DNA from: Candidatus Bathyarchaeota archaeon
GTDB taxonomy: Archaea; Thermoproteota; Bathyarchaeia; Bathyarchaeales; Bathycorpusculaceae
NCBI GenBank assembly: GCA_963739305.1
Contig: CAVTZU010000023.1
Span: 56,167-120,166 of the forward strand
Direction: 5' to 3'
DNA length: 64,000 bases
Shown: piece after piece, positions 48,523-59,099 of the stretch
Layout: each line of letters starts with the position of its first letter
Numbering within the stretch: the first letter of the stretch is position 1
Notes under the pieces: model-generated
What the model saw: the letters and a program-made list of their open reading frames with translations, nothing else
Told to the model about the DNA's origin: nothing
Databases searched by the model: none
Position numbers and translations under genes: made by a program

Positions 48523-50103
48523 ATGAAACTCGGCAGAAACAAGCAAGAGAAGCCTCCTGAGCAAACGGTGCGAACTTCTGAAGAGGACTTAATGGGGTAT
48601 CTGGGCATCCAAGGATGCAGAGTTCCCGAAGGCTACACGCAACTGGAAAGTTATCCGCTTAAGCCGCCTTTCTCGTACGCTTGGATATTCCAGAACGAAG
48701 CCGAAGGCGGTTACCTTTACGTTGTGGATGAACTGTCCAGAACAAGGGAAGAAAAAGAGATCTACGAAAGGCTCAAGAACATTCTGGAGTATGAATTGAA
48801 AGCACCAGAACCTGATGAAGCACTGCGTGAATCGTTCCATAGACAACTTCCTGGCATAATAGAGAACCACAACAAGGGTCTCGAAGGCATCACGGAAATC
48901 GGCATGCGCAAGATTTTGTACTATCTGGAAAGAGACATGATTGGCTACGCCAGAATCGATCCGTTGATGTTTGATCTTAACGTTGAAGACATAAGCTGCA
49001 GCGGACTCAACAAGTTTGTCTACTTGTGGCATAGAAAGTACGAAAACATAAAAACGAACGTGATTTTCCAGGATGAACAAGAACTGGACGATTTCATAAC
49101 GAGAGTAGTACACAGAGAAGGAAAACACGTCAGCATAGCCCACCCAATCGTAGACCTCACGCTTCCAGGAAAACATCGACTGGCAGTTTCATTTGGAAAA
49201 GAGACAACGCCTGCAGGCACAAGCTTCACTATCCGAAAATTCAGAGATGACCCATTCACAATAATCGATCTGATCGCGAACGAGACGATCAACGAAACCA
49301 TCGGAGCTTATCTATGGATTTTGATGGAGAACAAGATGTCGGTCACTGTGGTCGGACCAACCGGAGCCGGGAAAACGACCGCGCTTAACGCGATAGCATG
49401 TCTTTCCAGGCCAGACTTCAAAATAATCTCAGTAGAAGAAGTCGCTGAAATCAATCTTCCACAAGAGAACTGGACCTCAACCATCGCCAGACCTGGCTTT
49501 GGCGGCGACAAGGAAGGCGAAGTTACATTGTATGATCTTATCAAGTCAGCCGTGAGGCATCGACCAGCGCTGATAATCGTCGGAGAGGTAAGGGGTGAAG
49601 AAGCCTACGTACTCTTCCAAGCATTAGCCACCGGACACGGCGGACTCTGTACGATGCACGCTGACGATATTGAGACGGCCATCAAGCGTTTGACTCAGCC
49701 GCCGATGAATATACCATCCTCAATACTTTCTCTCATGAACTGTGTCATAGTGGTCAAACAGGTTAAGACGGCCTCCTTCACTTCGTTCGAACGCAGAGTT
49801 TCCAGTCGAAAATTCGTTCGTGTTTCTGAAATGGATGATTCAGGCAACATTCGAGATGTATTCAATTGGGATCCCGCGGGGGACATGTTCCAAGAAAACC
49901 TGTCACAGAGCTATCTTTTGGGCAAGATAGCAAAGGGGCTCGGCATACCGCCTAGCGTAGTTATGCAGGAACTTCAGAAACGCAAGCAACTGCTGCTTAA
50001 GATGATTGAACGGAATCTACGCGACTTCAGAAGCGTGCACAAAGCTCTCAACAGTTCCATCAACCTTCTCGACACGAACAACAAAGAAGAACTTGAGGAG
50101 TAG
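48523..50103 (+). CDS. Type IV pilus assembly ATPase (TadA/PilB/FlaI family)
   Basis: EDISC, FTIRKF, Walker A GPTGAGKT, Asp box EEVAE, Walker B IIVGEVRG, His box TGH..TMH. Confidence 0.95.
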   Translation: MKLGRNKQEKPPEQTVRTSEEDLMGYLGIQGCRVPEGYTQLESYPLKPPFSYAWIFQNEAEGGYLYVVDELSRTREEKEIYERLKNILEYELKAPEPDEALRESFHRQLPGIIENHNKGLEGITEIGMRKILYYLERDMIGYARIDPLMFDLNVEDISCSGLNKFVYLWHRKYENIKTNVIFQDEQELDDFITRVVHREGKHVSIAHPIVDLTLPGKHRLAVSFGKETTPAGTSFTIRKFRDDPFTIIDLIANETINETIGAYLWILMENKMSVTVVGPTGAGKTTALNAIACLSRPDFKIISVEEVAEINLPQENWTSTIARPGFGGDKEGEVTLYDLIKSAVRHRPALIIVGEVRGEEAYVLFQALATGHGGLCTMHADDIETAIKRLTQPPMNIPSSILSLMNCVIVVKQVKTASFTSFERRVSSRKFVRVSEMDDSGNIRDVFNWDPAGDMFQENLSQSYLLGKIAKGLGIPPSVVMQELQKRKQLLLKMIERNLRDFRSVHKALNSSINLLDTNNKEELEE

Positions 50104-50111
50104 GAAGCACA

Positions 50112-51614
50112 ATGAAAGCTTCAGGCGGATCCGTTACCAAGCTCTTTGGTCTAGTAAGAAAGGCTACAAGTGAAGAAAAGGAAAACATCGAGCATGAACT
50201 ACCGTTCGTCGTGATGATATTCACGTTAATGGCAGCCAGCGGCGTGTCGCTTTATGACAGCTGGAAAAGAATAAGGAAACTAACGTTTTTGCCAACGTTC
50301 AAGAAGGAGGCAGATGAAGTCGTTAGGCAAGTCGAAGTTCTCGGGAAAGACCCTCTCACCGTGATGAATGCAAGAGCTGAAAAAACCAATTCGAAGCTCT
50401 ACAGAAACTTCCTCGGGGGCTTCATTTCTTCTATGAGAAGCGGAGGAAGAATAGTTGACTTCATGAGAAGTGAACTCAAGTCAATCTTCGAACTGCGGAA
50501 TATCGCCATGACACGTTCGATAGAGAAAATTGCGACTCTCGTTGAAACTTATGCCGTCATGCTCATAGTAACCCTGTGCGCCTACATATTGGTCGTCGTG
50601 TTTTCGGCAACCAGCATGCTGGACTTGCTAGCAAGTACATCAATCCCCAATTCTCCGATTCTATCTTACCTAATTGCTTTCCTATTTATGCCAATGATCT
50701 CCGTCATATTCATCCTGGTAGCTCATAACATGGAGAGAAGTCCGTTCATAAACTTGAACGACCTATACAGAAAAGGACTCATTCTTGCCTTAGCAATTGG
50801 ATTGCCAATATGCGTCATAATATTGGTCCCGCCGCTCGCATTCATCACCGACACAATTGGACTTTCCGAACTTGTCACAATAGGCCTCATTGCCATTTCG
50901 ATTCTTCCTGCGATTCAATACTACCGAATTTCCAAGATCAACTACAATTCAGAGGACGCCATTCCAAGCTTCATCCGAGACGTGACAGAATCGCAGAAAA
51001 TCGGTCTTTCGCCAGAAAAAAGCATAATCCAAGCAACAACACGAAAATATTACGGCCAGTTTTCCCAGTTCTTGGAACTCATCCGAAGCCAAATTGAATG
51101 GGGCATTCCCCTCAGAAAAACGTTTGAGAACATCCGTCAGAAAATCAGAAGCTGGTTCACAATCGTAAACTTTGCCATGATGATCGAAACAATAGAAATC
51201 GGCGGAAACTCGTCACAAGCATTGGAAATACTCGCAGAGTACAGCGAAAAAGAACGTGAGGTTCAAACTAGTCAACGCGCACTCCTGAGGCCGTACATCA
51301 TACTTGCGTTCATCTGGAGCGTACTCATCGCTATGACAACAACCATCGTTGCATTAACAACCTCTTTGATGACGACAGTCGTCAGTACCAGCCTGACGCC
51401 AGTAACGATTGAGGCCATGCAAGGCCAACTGGGAATGTTCTCCATAGGAATAATCTTCCAATGCTGGATTTCAGGATTCTTCATGGGAAAGATCAGTGAA
51501 GGAAACCTCGGAGCCGGATTCAAGTACTCAGCCATGCTGGCAGCGACTGCTTACGTGTCACTAATACTCTCACGAATCTTCCTTGCAGGCGCGTTTGGAA
51601 TACGCATGTCGTGA
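50112..51614 (+). CDS. Type IV pilus membrane platform protein (TadC/PilC/FlaJ family)
   Basis: ELPFVVMIFTLMAASG, GKDPL, PSFIRDV.E..KIGL, WGIPL; multiple TM helices. Confidence 0.92.
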   Translation: MKASGGSVTKLFGLVRKATSEEKENIEHELPFVVMIFTLMAASGVSLYDSWKRIRKLTFLPTFKKEADEVVRQVEVLGKDPLTVMNARAEKTNSKLYRNFLGGFISSMRSGGRIVDFMRSELKSIFELRNIAMTRSIEKIATLVETYAVMLIVTLCAYILVVVFSATSMLDLLASTSIPNSPILSYLIAFLFMPMISVIFILVAHNMERSPFINLNDLYRKGLILALAIGLPICVIILVPPLAFITDTIGLSELVTIGLIAISILPAIQYYRISKINYNSEDAIPSFIRDVTESQKIGLSPEKSIIQATTRKYYGQFSQFLELIRSQIEWGIPLRKTFENIRQKIRSWFTIVNFAMMIETIEIGGNSSQALEILAEYSEKEREVQTSQRALLRPYIILAFIWSVLIAMTTTIVALTTSLMTTVVSTSLTPVTIEAMQGQLGMFSIGIIFQCWISGFFMGKISEGNLGAGFKYSAMLAATAYVSLILSRIFLAGAFGIRMS

Positions 51615-51633
51615 TGAGGGGTGCAGGGAAGAC

Positions 51634-52680
51634 ATGCCCTCAATATCCATTGACACCTTCTTCGCTTGCACACTAATGGTAGCGGTGGTGCTCATATCCA
51701 CAGTTCTGTCGTCAGGAATACTCACCTCACACATAAACAGTCTCCAAGGCTTAAACCAAGAAGAGTATTTCCAGGCAATATCCCAATACATCGTCTCAAG
51801 CACTGGAACACCGGTAGATTGGGGATCAAATGCGACTACAATTCCCGTTGCTTTTGGTCTTGCTAAGAGCGATTCTCTATACGCCAACGAGTTAGACATA
51901 GACAAAGTCTGCAGATTGAATACTCAAAACGCGTTTGCACTGACGTATCTAGAAACCCTAAGCGCTGCAAGGCTGAAGGACATTGCGTTGGGCATTTCCA
52001 TTTCCCAACTGATCGACATATCAATCAGTCCCATTTCTAACTTCACGTCTGAGAATTCTACGAACTACAACTTCAAGGTCTATACCACAATGGATGGAGC
52101 GCCAGTACAAACTTCCTTGCACTACTATGTGGTCGCAAAAGATTTCCTGTACGACGCCTCCAACCTCACGTCCAATGATGGAACAAGTCAAATCGAAGTT
52201 CAAATACCCAATGCCTCCAGCGGAAATGCTTCCCTCATCATCTTTGCAAGAGCAAACTACGACACAAGAATAACAGCCTATGGAGCGTATTCTTTTGGAC
52301 TCATCTCGCCTGAGCCTACACCTAATGAAACATCTGTTGAGATGAGCCCGCTGAACTACACGTTGTCAACAACTCCGATTGGCTTGAACACAACTCTGGA
52401 CAAGTGTTACGCTCTCTCGTATGAGTACTGTTTTAATCTTTCTTCGACCTCAAGCACGACATATCAGATTCCGAGGATACTTGACAATAGCCCAATAGTC
52501 CTGGTCGTTTCGGGTTCAAGCAATCAAGGCAACTTCACAGAATGGACAAGTTACCCCCAAATCCCATTCAAAGCAGGAGCAGACTTCAAAAACTCAGAAA
52601 GTTACTCCTTCAGCTACATCGTGACAGTAAAGAACACCCTGTACAAACTGACTCTAAGTTTTGGAGGCAACAGTCAATGA
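51634..52680 (+). CDS. Pilus-associated secreted protein (minor pilin-like)
   Basis: MPSISIDTFFACTLMVAVV hydrophobic N-terminus; GTPVDWG...FGLA...LDIDK pattern; many sequons. Confidence 0.7.
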   Translation: MPSISIDTFFACTLMVAVVLISTVLSSGILTSHINSLQGLNQEEYFQAISQYIVSSTGTPVDWGSNATTIPVAFGLAKSDSLYANELDIDKVCRLNTQNAFALTYLETLSAARLKDIALGISISQLIDISISPISNFTSENSTNYNFKVYTTMDGAPVQTSLHYYVVAKDFLYDASNLTSNDGTSQIEVQIPNASSGNASLIIFARANYDTRITAYGAYSFGLISPEPTPNETSVEMSPLNYTLSTTPIGLNTTLDKCYALSYEYCFNLSSTSSTTYQIPRILDNSPIVLVVSGSSNQGNFTEWTSYPQIPFKAGADFKNSESYSFSYIVTVKNTLYKLTLSFGGNSQ

Positions 52681-53102
52681 AGCTTCTGAAAGACAACAAA
52701 GGACAAATCCGCATAATAGAAGCATTCTTTGCCTCAGTTCTGATACTGTCAACAATTGCCCTAATCCCTTCTCCACCTCCACTAGTCGACACGACCAACG
52801 GGGTCCTTCAACTGAAAGCTCAAAACGTGTTGACGACCCTTAACAGAAACGGCTACCTCTCGACCCTCATTGAAAATGGAAATTGGTCTGCCTTAAGGAA
52901 ATGCCTCGAATCGTCACTCTCGCCAGCAGTCTGGTTCAACCTTACAGTCTTCGATGAAAACATGAACACTGTCAACAATATGCCAATAAGCAGTGGGAAC
53001 ACAGTGAGTGAGAAAATCATTTCAGCCGAATATGTTTGTGCAAGCACAAGCCGAGACTACAAAATCTACGTAGTCCGTCTTCAACTGTCAAGCGTGACGT
53101 GA
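52677..53102 (+). CDS. Minor pilin
   Basis: MKLLKDNKG|QIRIIEAFFASVLIL class III signal; ATG 52677 overlaps the upstream stop. Confidence 0.8.
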   Translation: MKLLKDNKGQIRIIEAFFASVLILSTIALIPSPPPLVDTTNGVLQLKAQNVLTTLNRNGYLSTLIENGNWSALRKCLESSLSPAVWFNLTVFDENMNTVNNMPISSGNTVSEKIISAEYVCASTSRDYKIYVVRLQLSSVT

Positions 53103-53103
53103 C

Positions 53104-53868
53104 ATGACAAGAAAATCGAGGTATCCCAATAGTTCTGGGCAAGCCCTAATCATCAGCTCTCTAATAATAGCTGTACTTCTGCTTTCAACAACCTACTACG
53201 TCTTCGAGGTGAGAAGAAGCGTCACAAATGACGAAACGACAACTGACTCCAACCTCGAAGCGATCAAGCTGAGCACAACTAATACAATGATAAGTGCGTT
53301 AGCAAACATCACCAACGGCGGAGATAGAGGAGTATTAACAGCAGATCTCAACAAATTGTCGTCAAGCATTCGAAATCATTTCTATGGAGGACAGTGTCTT
53401 CTTGAATTCACGCCTTTGAACACATCTTCATATGTCGAAGGAACGTGGATCTCATGGGATCAAGACGGAATGGGAACTTCAAGTTCCTACGTGAACTTTG
53501 CAATCAACCTCTCAGGGCCAACTGACACCTACTATTCGGAATACCAGACAAATGTAACCACAGCACTCGTTTTGGGAAGCACTTATTCAAGTAGTGGTGC
53601 GGAAAAAACCGTCAACGTTACGTGCCAAATGCTTAACGAGAACGAACCTGCGTTAGCAAAGGATATTTCTATGTTCTATCAGAACGAGACGGGTGGTCCT
53701 TGGATAATGGTAGACTCTTCTAGCAACTTCACTGTGAATGACTTTGGCAACGGGACGTACCTGATTTCCTTCAACGTCAACGCGCAAGATTTCCTGCAAG
53801 TATCTGCGAACGTGCATGATTTGAGAGATGTATTGGTGGTAGCGAATGCCACATCAACAGAAGTCTAG
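53104..53868 (+). CDS. Minor pilin-like protein
   Basis: SSG|QALIISSLIIAVLLL signal; Ig-like C-terminus (DFGNGTYLISF). Confidence 0.75.
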   Translation: MTRKSRYPNSSGQALIISSLIIAVLLLSTTYYVFEVRRSVTNDETTTDSNLEAIKLSTTNTMISALANITNGGDRGVLTADLNKLSSSIRNHFYGGQCLLEFTPLNTSSYVEGTWISWDQDGMGTSSSYVNFAINLSGPTDTYYSEYQTNVTTALVLGSTYSSSGAEKTVNVTCQMLNENEPALAKDISMFYQNETGGPWIMVDSSSNFTVNDFGNGTYLISFNVNAQDFLQVSANVHDLRDVLVVANATSTEV

Positions 53869-55195
53869 AGCAAGGCTACTGATCCTTTGCGTGATTTTTC
53901 TAATCTGTCTCTGGGCAATCCCCGGAAACCCTCATGTTCGAGCCTCGTCAAACTCTTCAAACCAGGTACAGAATTCTGTTGTTCAGCCTTTGTCAACAGA
54001 CGAACTCCTATGGGAAAGAACCTACGGAGGAGCAGGCGACGATAGAGCCTTCTGCATGACACCGACGGATGACGGTGGGTTTTTGATCGGCGGGTCATCG
54101 ACGTCCTTCAACATGAACAAAACAGCCGCCTGGGCCGTCAAGATTGATGGCGATGGAAACACTGTTTGGAACAAGACTTACTTCGAGAATGACGGGAGCG
54201 AATTCAGAAACATCCAGAAGACAGCTAATGGATTCTTGCTGGTCGGAAACACTTTCTTCTCTTCAGGCATGGAAGATGCATGGATAGTGAAGATCGACAA
54301 CGAAGGCAACGTCGCATGGAACAAAACTATTGGCGGAGAAAACTTCAACAAAGTCTTCTCGGCAGCGACTGCCGCAGACGGTTTCGTTTTTGCAGGTTTG
54401 ACAAACTCTTCGAACAACGGTAATTCTAACGGGTGGCTGCTGAAGACGGATGCGGAAGGCAATCTACTTTGGAACAAGACTTACGCTGAAGTGGGAGATA
54501 GCGCGTTCCGCGCGATACTCGTTTCCACAACGGGCGATTACGTGGCTGCAGGATACAGTGCTTCTGCTGGAAACGGCAGCTATAGTTTTTGGCTGGTGAA
54601 AACAGACAGCAACGGAACCGTGATGTGGAATCAAGCTTTCGGCGGAGTCGAAAGCGACAAAGCCTATGCTCTTGCAGCCTCGAAGGATGGATATGTAGTG
54701 GTGGGCGAAACTCATTCTAACCAAGAAGCTAATGCAGACGCGTTCGCAGCGAAAACTGATCTCAATGGCAGACTAATTTGGAAAAAGACGTACGGGGGAG
54801 CCGATTTTGACGTTGCCAGCGCGGTAACTACCACCAGAGATGGAGGATACCTAGTTGTCGGCTTCACTTTTTCGTATGGCAAGGGTCAGAGAGATTTCTG
54901 GTTTTTTGAAATTGATGATTTAGGCAACGTGGCTTGGAGTCGTACTTACGGAAGAGAAAGCTATGAAGAAGCATACGCAGCCGTCGAAGTGGGCGATAAC
55001 GAGTTCGTTATAAGTGGTTGGACGAATTCCATCGGCGAAGGCTCTTACGACTTCTACGTAATAAGAACAAGAATAGTAACCACGGCCAATGGTTTCGATC
55101 TTGGCATATTCGGGTACGTCGTTCTCGCTCTCTTGGGAACCGTTATAGTTGTGCTCTTTGGCTATTTTGGTGTCCGACTGTACAGAGGCGCGTGA
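53846..55195 (+). CDS. Secreted beta-propeller-like repeat protein with C-terminal membrane anchor
   Basis: Signal peptide; about seven repeats of W.KT(Y/I/F)GG...D...G.T.S...W.vK.D.eGN; C-terminal TM helix. Confidence 0.85.
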   Translation: MPHQQKSRARLLILCVIFLICLWAIPGNPHVRASSNSSNQVQNSVVQPLSTDELLWERTYGGAGDDRAFCMTPTDDGGFLIGGSSTSFNMNKTAAWAVKIDGDGNTVWNKTYFENDGSEFRNIQKTANGFLLVGNTFFSSGMEDAWIVKIDNEGNVAWNKTIGGENFNKVFSAATAADGFVFAGLTNSSNNGNSNGWLLKTDAEGNLLWNKTYAEVGDSAFRAILVSTTGDYVAAGYSASAGNGSYSFWLVKTDSNGTVMWNQAFGGVESDKAYALAASKDGYVVVGETHSNQEANADAFAAKTDLNGRLIWKKTYGGADFDVASAVTTTRDGGYLVVGFTFSYGKGQRDFWFFEIDDLGNVAWSRTYGRESYEEAYAAVEVGDNEFVISGWTNSIGEGSYDFYVIRTRIVTTANGFDLGIFGYVVLALLGTVIVVLFGYFGVRLYRGA

Positions 55196-55240
55196 CAAAA
55201 CAAGAAAACGCGAGTCTGATTCACGAAGAATGGAAAATCG

Positions 55241-56218
55241 TTAAGGCGTTGCGTGCACGTAGATTTCTTGTACTGTTCTTCCTGTTTCACCCATCTTCGC
55301 AAATAGCATCGATAGTATTTCCACGAACGCAGCGTAATTGGTCCACAGTGCAAGGATTTTGGATTTCTTCTTCTCTCTGTCGTCCTTTTCTTCTGCGTTT
55401 TTCTGTATCGCGATTAACAACTCTTTTTTGTCGACGATTATGAAGCACGGCAAGTTGGATGCATCCACCATGTGATATTTGTGGGCTGCCCAGCTCATTT
55501 GTTCTATGAAGTATCTGCTCTTAGACGAATTCTCGGTCAGCAACGTAATCTTCAGTTTGCCCATGTGGCGCTTCAGGTTATCTGTGAAATCGCTATGATA
55601 GAGTTGAGCCAAATACTCGCTCGGAGCATAAATCAGGATTTCAGTTTTCGCCCTTTCGAGAAGTTCATTCGCCTTAAGAATCATCTGCTGTCCGCCTTCG
55701 AGTATCTGGAAAATGTCCTTCTCGCTGTTCTCAACTTTCTGTTGAGGAATTGACAACCAAAGCTCGACCAAGCCAAGTTTCTCTTTTTCGAGAAGACTTA
55801 TCTTCATTTTCTGAGCATCAATCAGCAAGTCAACTGCTTTTTCCAGGGGCACAGCCGTGAATTTCAAGGGTTTTTCAAAAGCCGAATATACAAGGCCTTT
55901 TTTCTCGAGGTCACGCAATATCCTGTAGGTTTCTGTTCGATGGAGCGAGATCGCTTCAGCTATTTCAGAAGCCTTTCTTTCACCTGATCGCGCAAGGTTC
56001 AGGTAAACCCTTATTTCATTCCTTATCAATCCATACCGAGCAAGAGTTTCCTCAATCATCGCCAATTGCTTGTTGAAGCCCTTTTCTCTTTTGACATATC
56101 TCCATGATTCGTTGTCATCGTCATACACTTTGATTAAGTCAACAGCATTCTCAATTGATTGACCCATGCAGACATTCACCATTTCCATTGGACTCGTTTT
56201 GAAGAGTTTGAGCGTCAA
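55241..56218 (-). CDS. TrmB-family transcriptional regulator
   Basis: YGL..NEIRVYL.L...KASEIA...HRTETYRIL.DLEKKGLV...KP.KF.AVP; C-terminal FIIVDKKELL effector domain; true start may be downstream. Confidence 0.9.
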   Translation of the reverse strand: MTLKLFKTSPMEMVNVCMGQSIENAVDLIKVYDDDNESWRYVKREKGFNKQLAMIEETLARYGLIRNEIRVYLNLARSGERKASEIAEAISLHRTETYRILRDLEKKGLVYSAFEKPLKFTAVPLEKAVDLLIDAQKMKISLLEKEKLGLVELWLSIPQQKVENSEKDIFQILEGGQQMILKANELLERAKTEILIYAPSEYLAQLYHSDFTDNLKRHMGKLKITLLTENSSKSRYFIEQMSWAAHKYHMVDASNLPCFIIVDKKELLIAIQKNAEEKDDREKKKSKILALWTNYAAFVEILSMLFAKMGETGRTVQEIYVHATP

Positions 56219-56322
56219 TTCTGATGGTCTGTATACTTTATGCTTATGAACGGCAAATCTGAATTACAAATTCATATTCCAAGACCCAATCATTTTCTCC
56301 ATACGAAAAGGAATGACACAAA

Positions 56323-58041
56323 TTAAGTTTCGAGCGCAGTGGCTGAAGCATTAACGTAAATCTTCGCAAAATCCCTTATGAGATCTTTCGCGTCGAGGAT
56401 GACGGAACTCAGCTTGAAGAAATCTTTCATCTTATCGGTCTCCACCCCAATTCCGATAACTATGACACCCTTCTTCTGCAACGAGTTGATGGTCTTGGAC
56501 AGTTTGGCATTTATGTCCGGGTACCCGTAGGGCCAACCGTCTGAAATCACTATCAGAAATCTCTGTTCATCAAACCTCTTAGCAAGAACGGCTCCTGCAA
56601 ATTGCATGGCTTCAGGCATGTAAGTCAAGCCTCCAAACCTGAGCCCACCGAGCCTTGCGCGCACTCTGTTGGAGTATGCTTCTGACGCATCCTTCAACAC
56701 AAAAAAACGATCACTGAAGGCGAAATAGGTCCAAGAACCAGAATCCATAAGGAGTTCCTTCGTCGCCTCTGCAATGCATACGGCGACGGCCCGCGCAAAT
56801 TCACTCTTGATTCGCATGCTTTCGCTTACATCCAAGAGAATCGTCCAAGCGAAGCTTTTGCTGAGATACTCGTCTTTCATGAAAACATCTGTTGCCGGCT
56901 TCTTGCTTGCGAGCACCTGAATGACTGCTGTAAGATCGAGCTGCCCCATCTCCTTGCCTGGATCTTCATCCAAAGCATCCTGAGCAACTCTCAGGCTGTC
57001 CAATAGCCGCCGACTCCCGCCGGCAAGTAAAGCCCTTGCCCGGAAGTATTGCGTCAAGTCCTCCTCGGGAAACTCCACGGACCTGAAACTATTCCATTCG
57101 TCGTGCTCCTTCAGCTTCTCCAAGATCCTTTGTTCACGAGCCCTTTGAGCATGCCAAGTATCAAATGCCTGGCAAGCCTCCGCGTCTGATTGGTTCTTCC
57201 AGAGTGAGTCGACCGAGCCTTCTGACGAAGTCATTCCTCCATAAGTCTCCATAGATTTCCTGAACACCTTCTCGATTTCGGCGTCAGTTGGCATTTCATT
57301 GTCAACGAAAATTGTTGTTCTCCCATGTTGTTCAGTGTAGGGGAGACATGGCGCTTCCAATATGGGGCCGTTTGATTCGATGGATTGTATCACGTAGTTT
57401 AATGCTTCGCTGACCATTTCTTCGACGTTGACTTCCTTGCCGTTAAGAGACATCAAAATGTCTTTCGCAAGCAGGTTAAGCCTCGCATTCAACTGAGCGA
57501 CTGTGTTTCCTTCTTCCTGCGAAAGCTTCCCCTTCAACATTCCCATGTGAATTTTCGAAAGCAAAGCTGACATTATCCTGGTTGATGGATTGAAGATTCT
57601 GTCGACAGCTTTCATTTTGGCAAAAGCAAGCGCGTTGGCGTAAGCTAGGTCCGGAAGCTTGTCTGCGTGCCTGGCCGAGATGTAAGCATTAACGTAGACA
57701 TCATTCACCATAGATTCCGAAAAAGCTTCCACGTTCGTGGGCCTACTTAATGACATGGAATTCTCTATAAAGCCGGGAATCACGGTGTGAGCAGTTAAGT
57801 GAAAAACACAGGCCCTGAATAGCCTTCCGACTTTGGCTTTCCCGACCGAATCTGCCAAAAACTCTGAACCTAAGAAATGAATGTTTCCTTCTTCAGACGC
57901 AGTCGGCACGGGCAAGTTCACATCAAACCCCTCTTCACTTCGCGCGAGGGTGGGTCTTACAAAACGAGGATTTGCTCTAATTCTTGTTTTGAGATTGTCT
58001 TTCTGAAAGGAGAGACCCAGAGCATATTCAAGAAATCCCAT
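56323..58041 (-). CDS. vWA-domain protein (NorD/CbbO/CobT-like partner of MoxR ATPases)
   Basis: GQLDL, MIDAS LLDVSESM, GGLTY, VISDGWP, VIGIGV. Confidence 0.88.
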   Translation of the reverse strand: MGFLEYALGLSFQKDNLKTRIRANPRFVRPTLARSEEGFDVNLPVPTASEEGNIHFLGSEFLADSVGKAKVGRLFRACVFHLTAHTVIPGFIENSMSLSRPTNVEAFSESMVNDVYVNAYISARHADKLPDLAYANALAFAKMKAVDRIFNPSTRIMSALLSKIHMGMLKGKLSQEEGNTVAQLNARLNLLAKDILMSLNGKEVNVEEMVSEALNYVIQSIESNGPILEAPCLPYTEQHGRTTIFVDNEMPTDAEIEKVFRKSMETYGGMTSSEGSVDSLWKNQSDAEACQAFDTWHAQRAREQRILEKLKEHDEWNSFRSVEFPEEDLTQYFRARALLAGGSRRLLDSLRVAQDALDEDPGKEMGQLDLTAVIQVLASKKPATDVFMKDEYLSKSFAWTILLDVSESMRIKSEFARAVAVCIAEATKELLMDSGSWTYFAFSDRFFVLKDASEAYSNRVRARLGGLRFGGLTYMPEAMQFAGAVLAKRFDEQRFLIVISDGWPYGYPDINAKLSKTINSLQKKGVIVIGIGVETDKMKDFFKLSSVILDAKDLIRDFAKIYVNASATALET

Positions 58042-58046
58042 GATGA

Positions 58047-59099
58047 TTACCGTGGATTGTTTCGGGGTCCCGCATCAGAAGCCTTAGGAAAGACTGATTC
58101 TATGATTCGCCTAACATCGTCCTGCACTTCAACGTTATCACTAGTGACCGCCACGATTGTCTCGTCAGCAGCCGCATGAACCGTGTTGCCATCATGGATA
58201 AGAGTCGCCCAATTGATCAAGTCACCCAAAGAAGGACCATAAGGAAGATCACCAGCCTTATACTGCCTTCGAAGCTCCGCACCAACTCGAATTATTTTGG
58301 AGGAGACATCTTCATCCAAACGCGTTCGTTTCATCAGCATCTTCACTTCTTCCGGCGAAATCTGTTCTCCAACACTCGTATAGTCGAAGTTTATCCACAC
58401 TGCCATTCGCCTTCTCATGGCAGCGTTCAACGGTTTCGTTCCAGCAAACTCGGCTGAGTACGGATTCATGCTGATGATTAAATATCCAAACTGATGCCTC
58501 TCCACACACTCGTTGTCCTTCTCGTTCAGCACTAGGTGCCCTCGTGTGTCAAGAACAGGGTTGAGTCTTGTTGCAACATCCTGCTTCATCATGTTGGCTT
58601 CATCGAGATACATTATACCCCCCAGCCTCAGCCACCTGGTCAACAGCCCATCGACCCAGTTGTCCTTTCCGAGACCGATGAAACGCCCGATCAAGTCGTA
58701 CGAGGAAGTCTGCAGGCCACAGTTGACTTCCCACACGGGCAGACCACATAGTTCGGCAACGAGGTAGACGATGTGAGTTTTTCCTGTCCCCGAGGGACCG
58801 ATTAAAGAGCATTGCTTGAAGTAGTAGAGCGCACGAGTAATTCGCTCCACATAATGTTGTCCGCTGTCGATGAACTCAGGAGTGTTCTTGGGTATCATGT
58901 CCGACAAGTGTGCAAACGAGTAGTTGGGGTGTAGATCGTACCTCTTGATGTCATATTTGTTATAAAGAGGAGATTGCGACATCGGTCGCTCTTTGTTCAT
59001 GGACACTGTTACCTTGAACTTCTCGCGTCGAAAAGAGGCGATTTCCTCAACTCTGCTGGCTTCAGCTGTCTCTTTCAAGCCCTGATGTTTATAACTCAA
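58047..59099 (-). CDS. MoxR-clade AAA+ ATPase (CbbQ/NorQ/GvpN-like)
   Basis: GPSGTGKT, WVDGLL, YLDEAN, ISMNP...GTKPLNAAMRRR. Confidence 0.92.
   Translation of the reverse strand: MSYKHQGLKETAEASRVEEIASFRREKFKVTVSMNKERPMSQSPLYNKYDIKRYDLHPNYSFAHLSDMIPKNTPEFIDSGQHYVERITRALYYFKQCSLIGPSGTGKTHIVYLVAELCGLPVWEVNCGLQTSSYDLIGRFIGLGKDNWVDGLLTRWLRLGGIMYLDEANMMKQDVATRLNPVLDTRGHLVLNEKDNECVERHQFGYLIISMNPYSAEFAGTKPLNAAMRRRMAVWINFDYTSVGEQISPEEVKMLMKRTRLDEDVSSKIIRVGAELRRQYKAGDLPYGPSLGDLINWATLIHDGNTVHAAADETIVAVTSDNVEVQDDVRRIIESVFPKASDAGPRNNPR

Noticed and set aside
45808-55195. Archaellum operon
   Set aside because: No FlaH, FlaF/G or chemotaxis genes; several G|Q-type minor pilins indicate a pilus.
53846-55195. 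Internal repeats as a DNA repeat array or DGR target
   Set aside because: Repeats are degenerate protein-level propeller blades; no reverse transcriptase or TR/VR pair is present.
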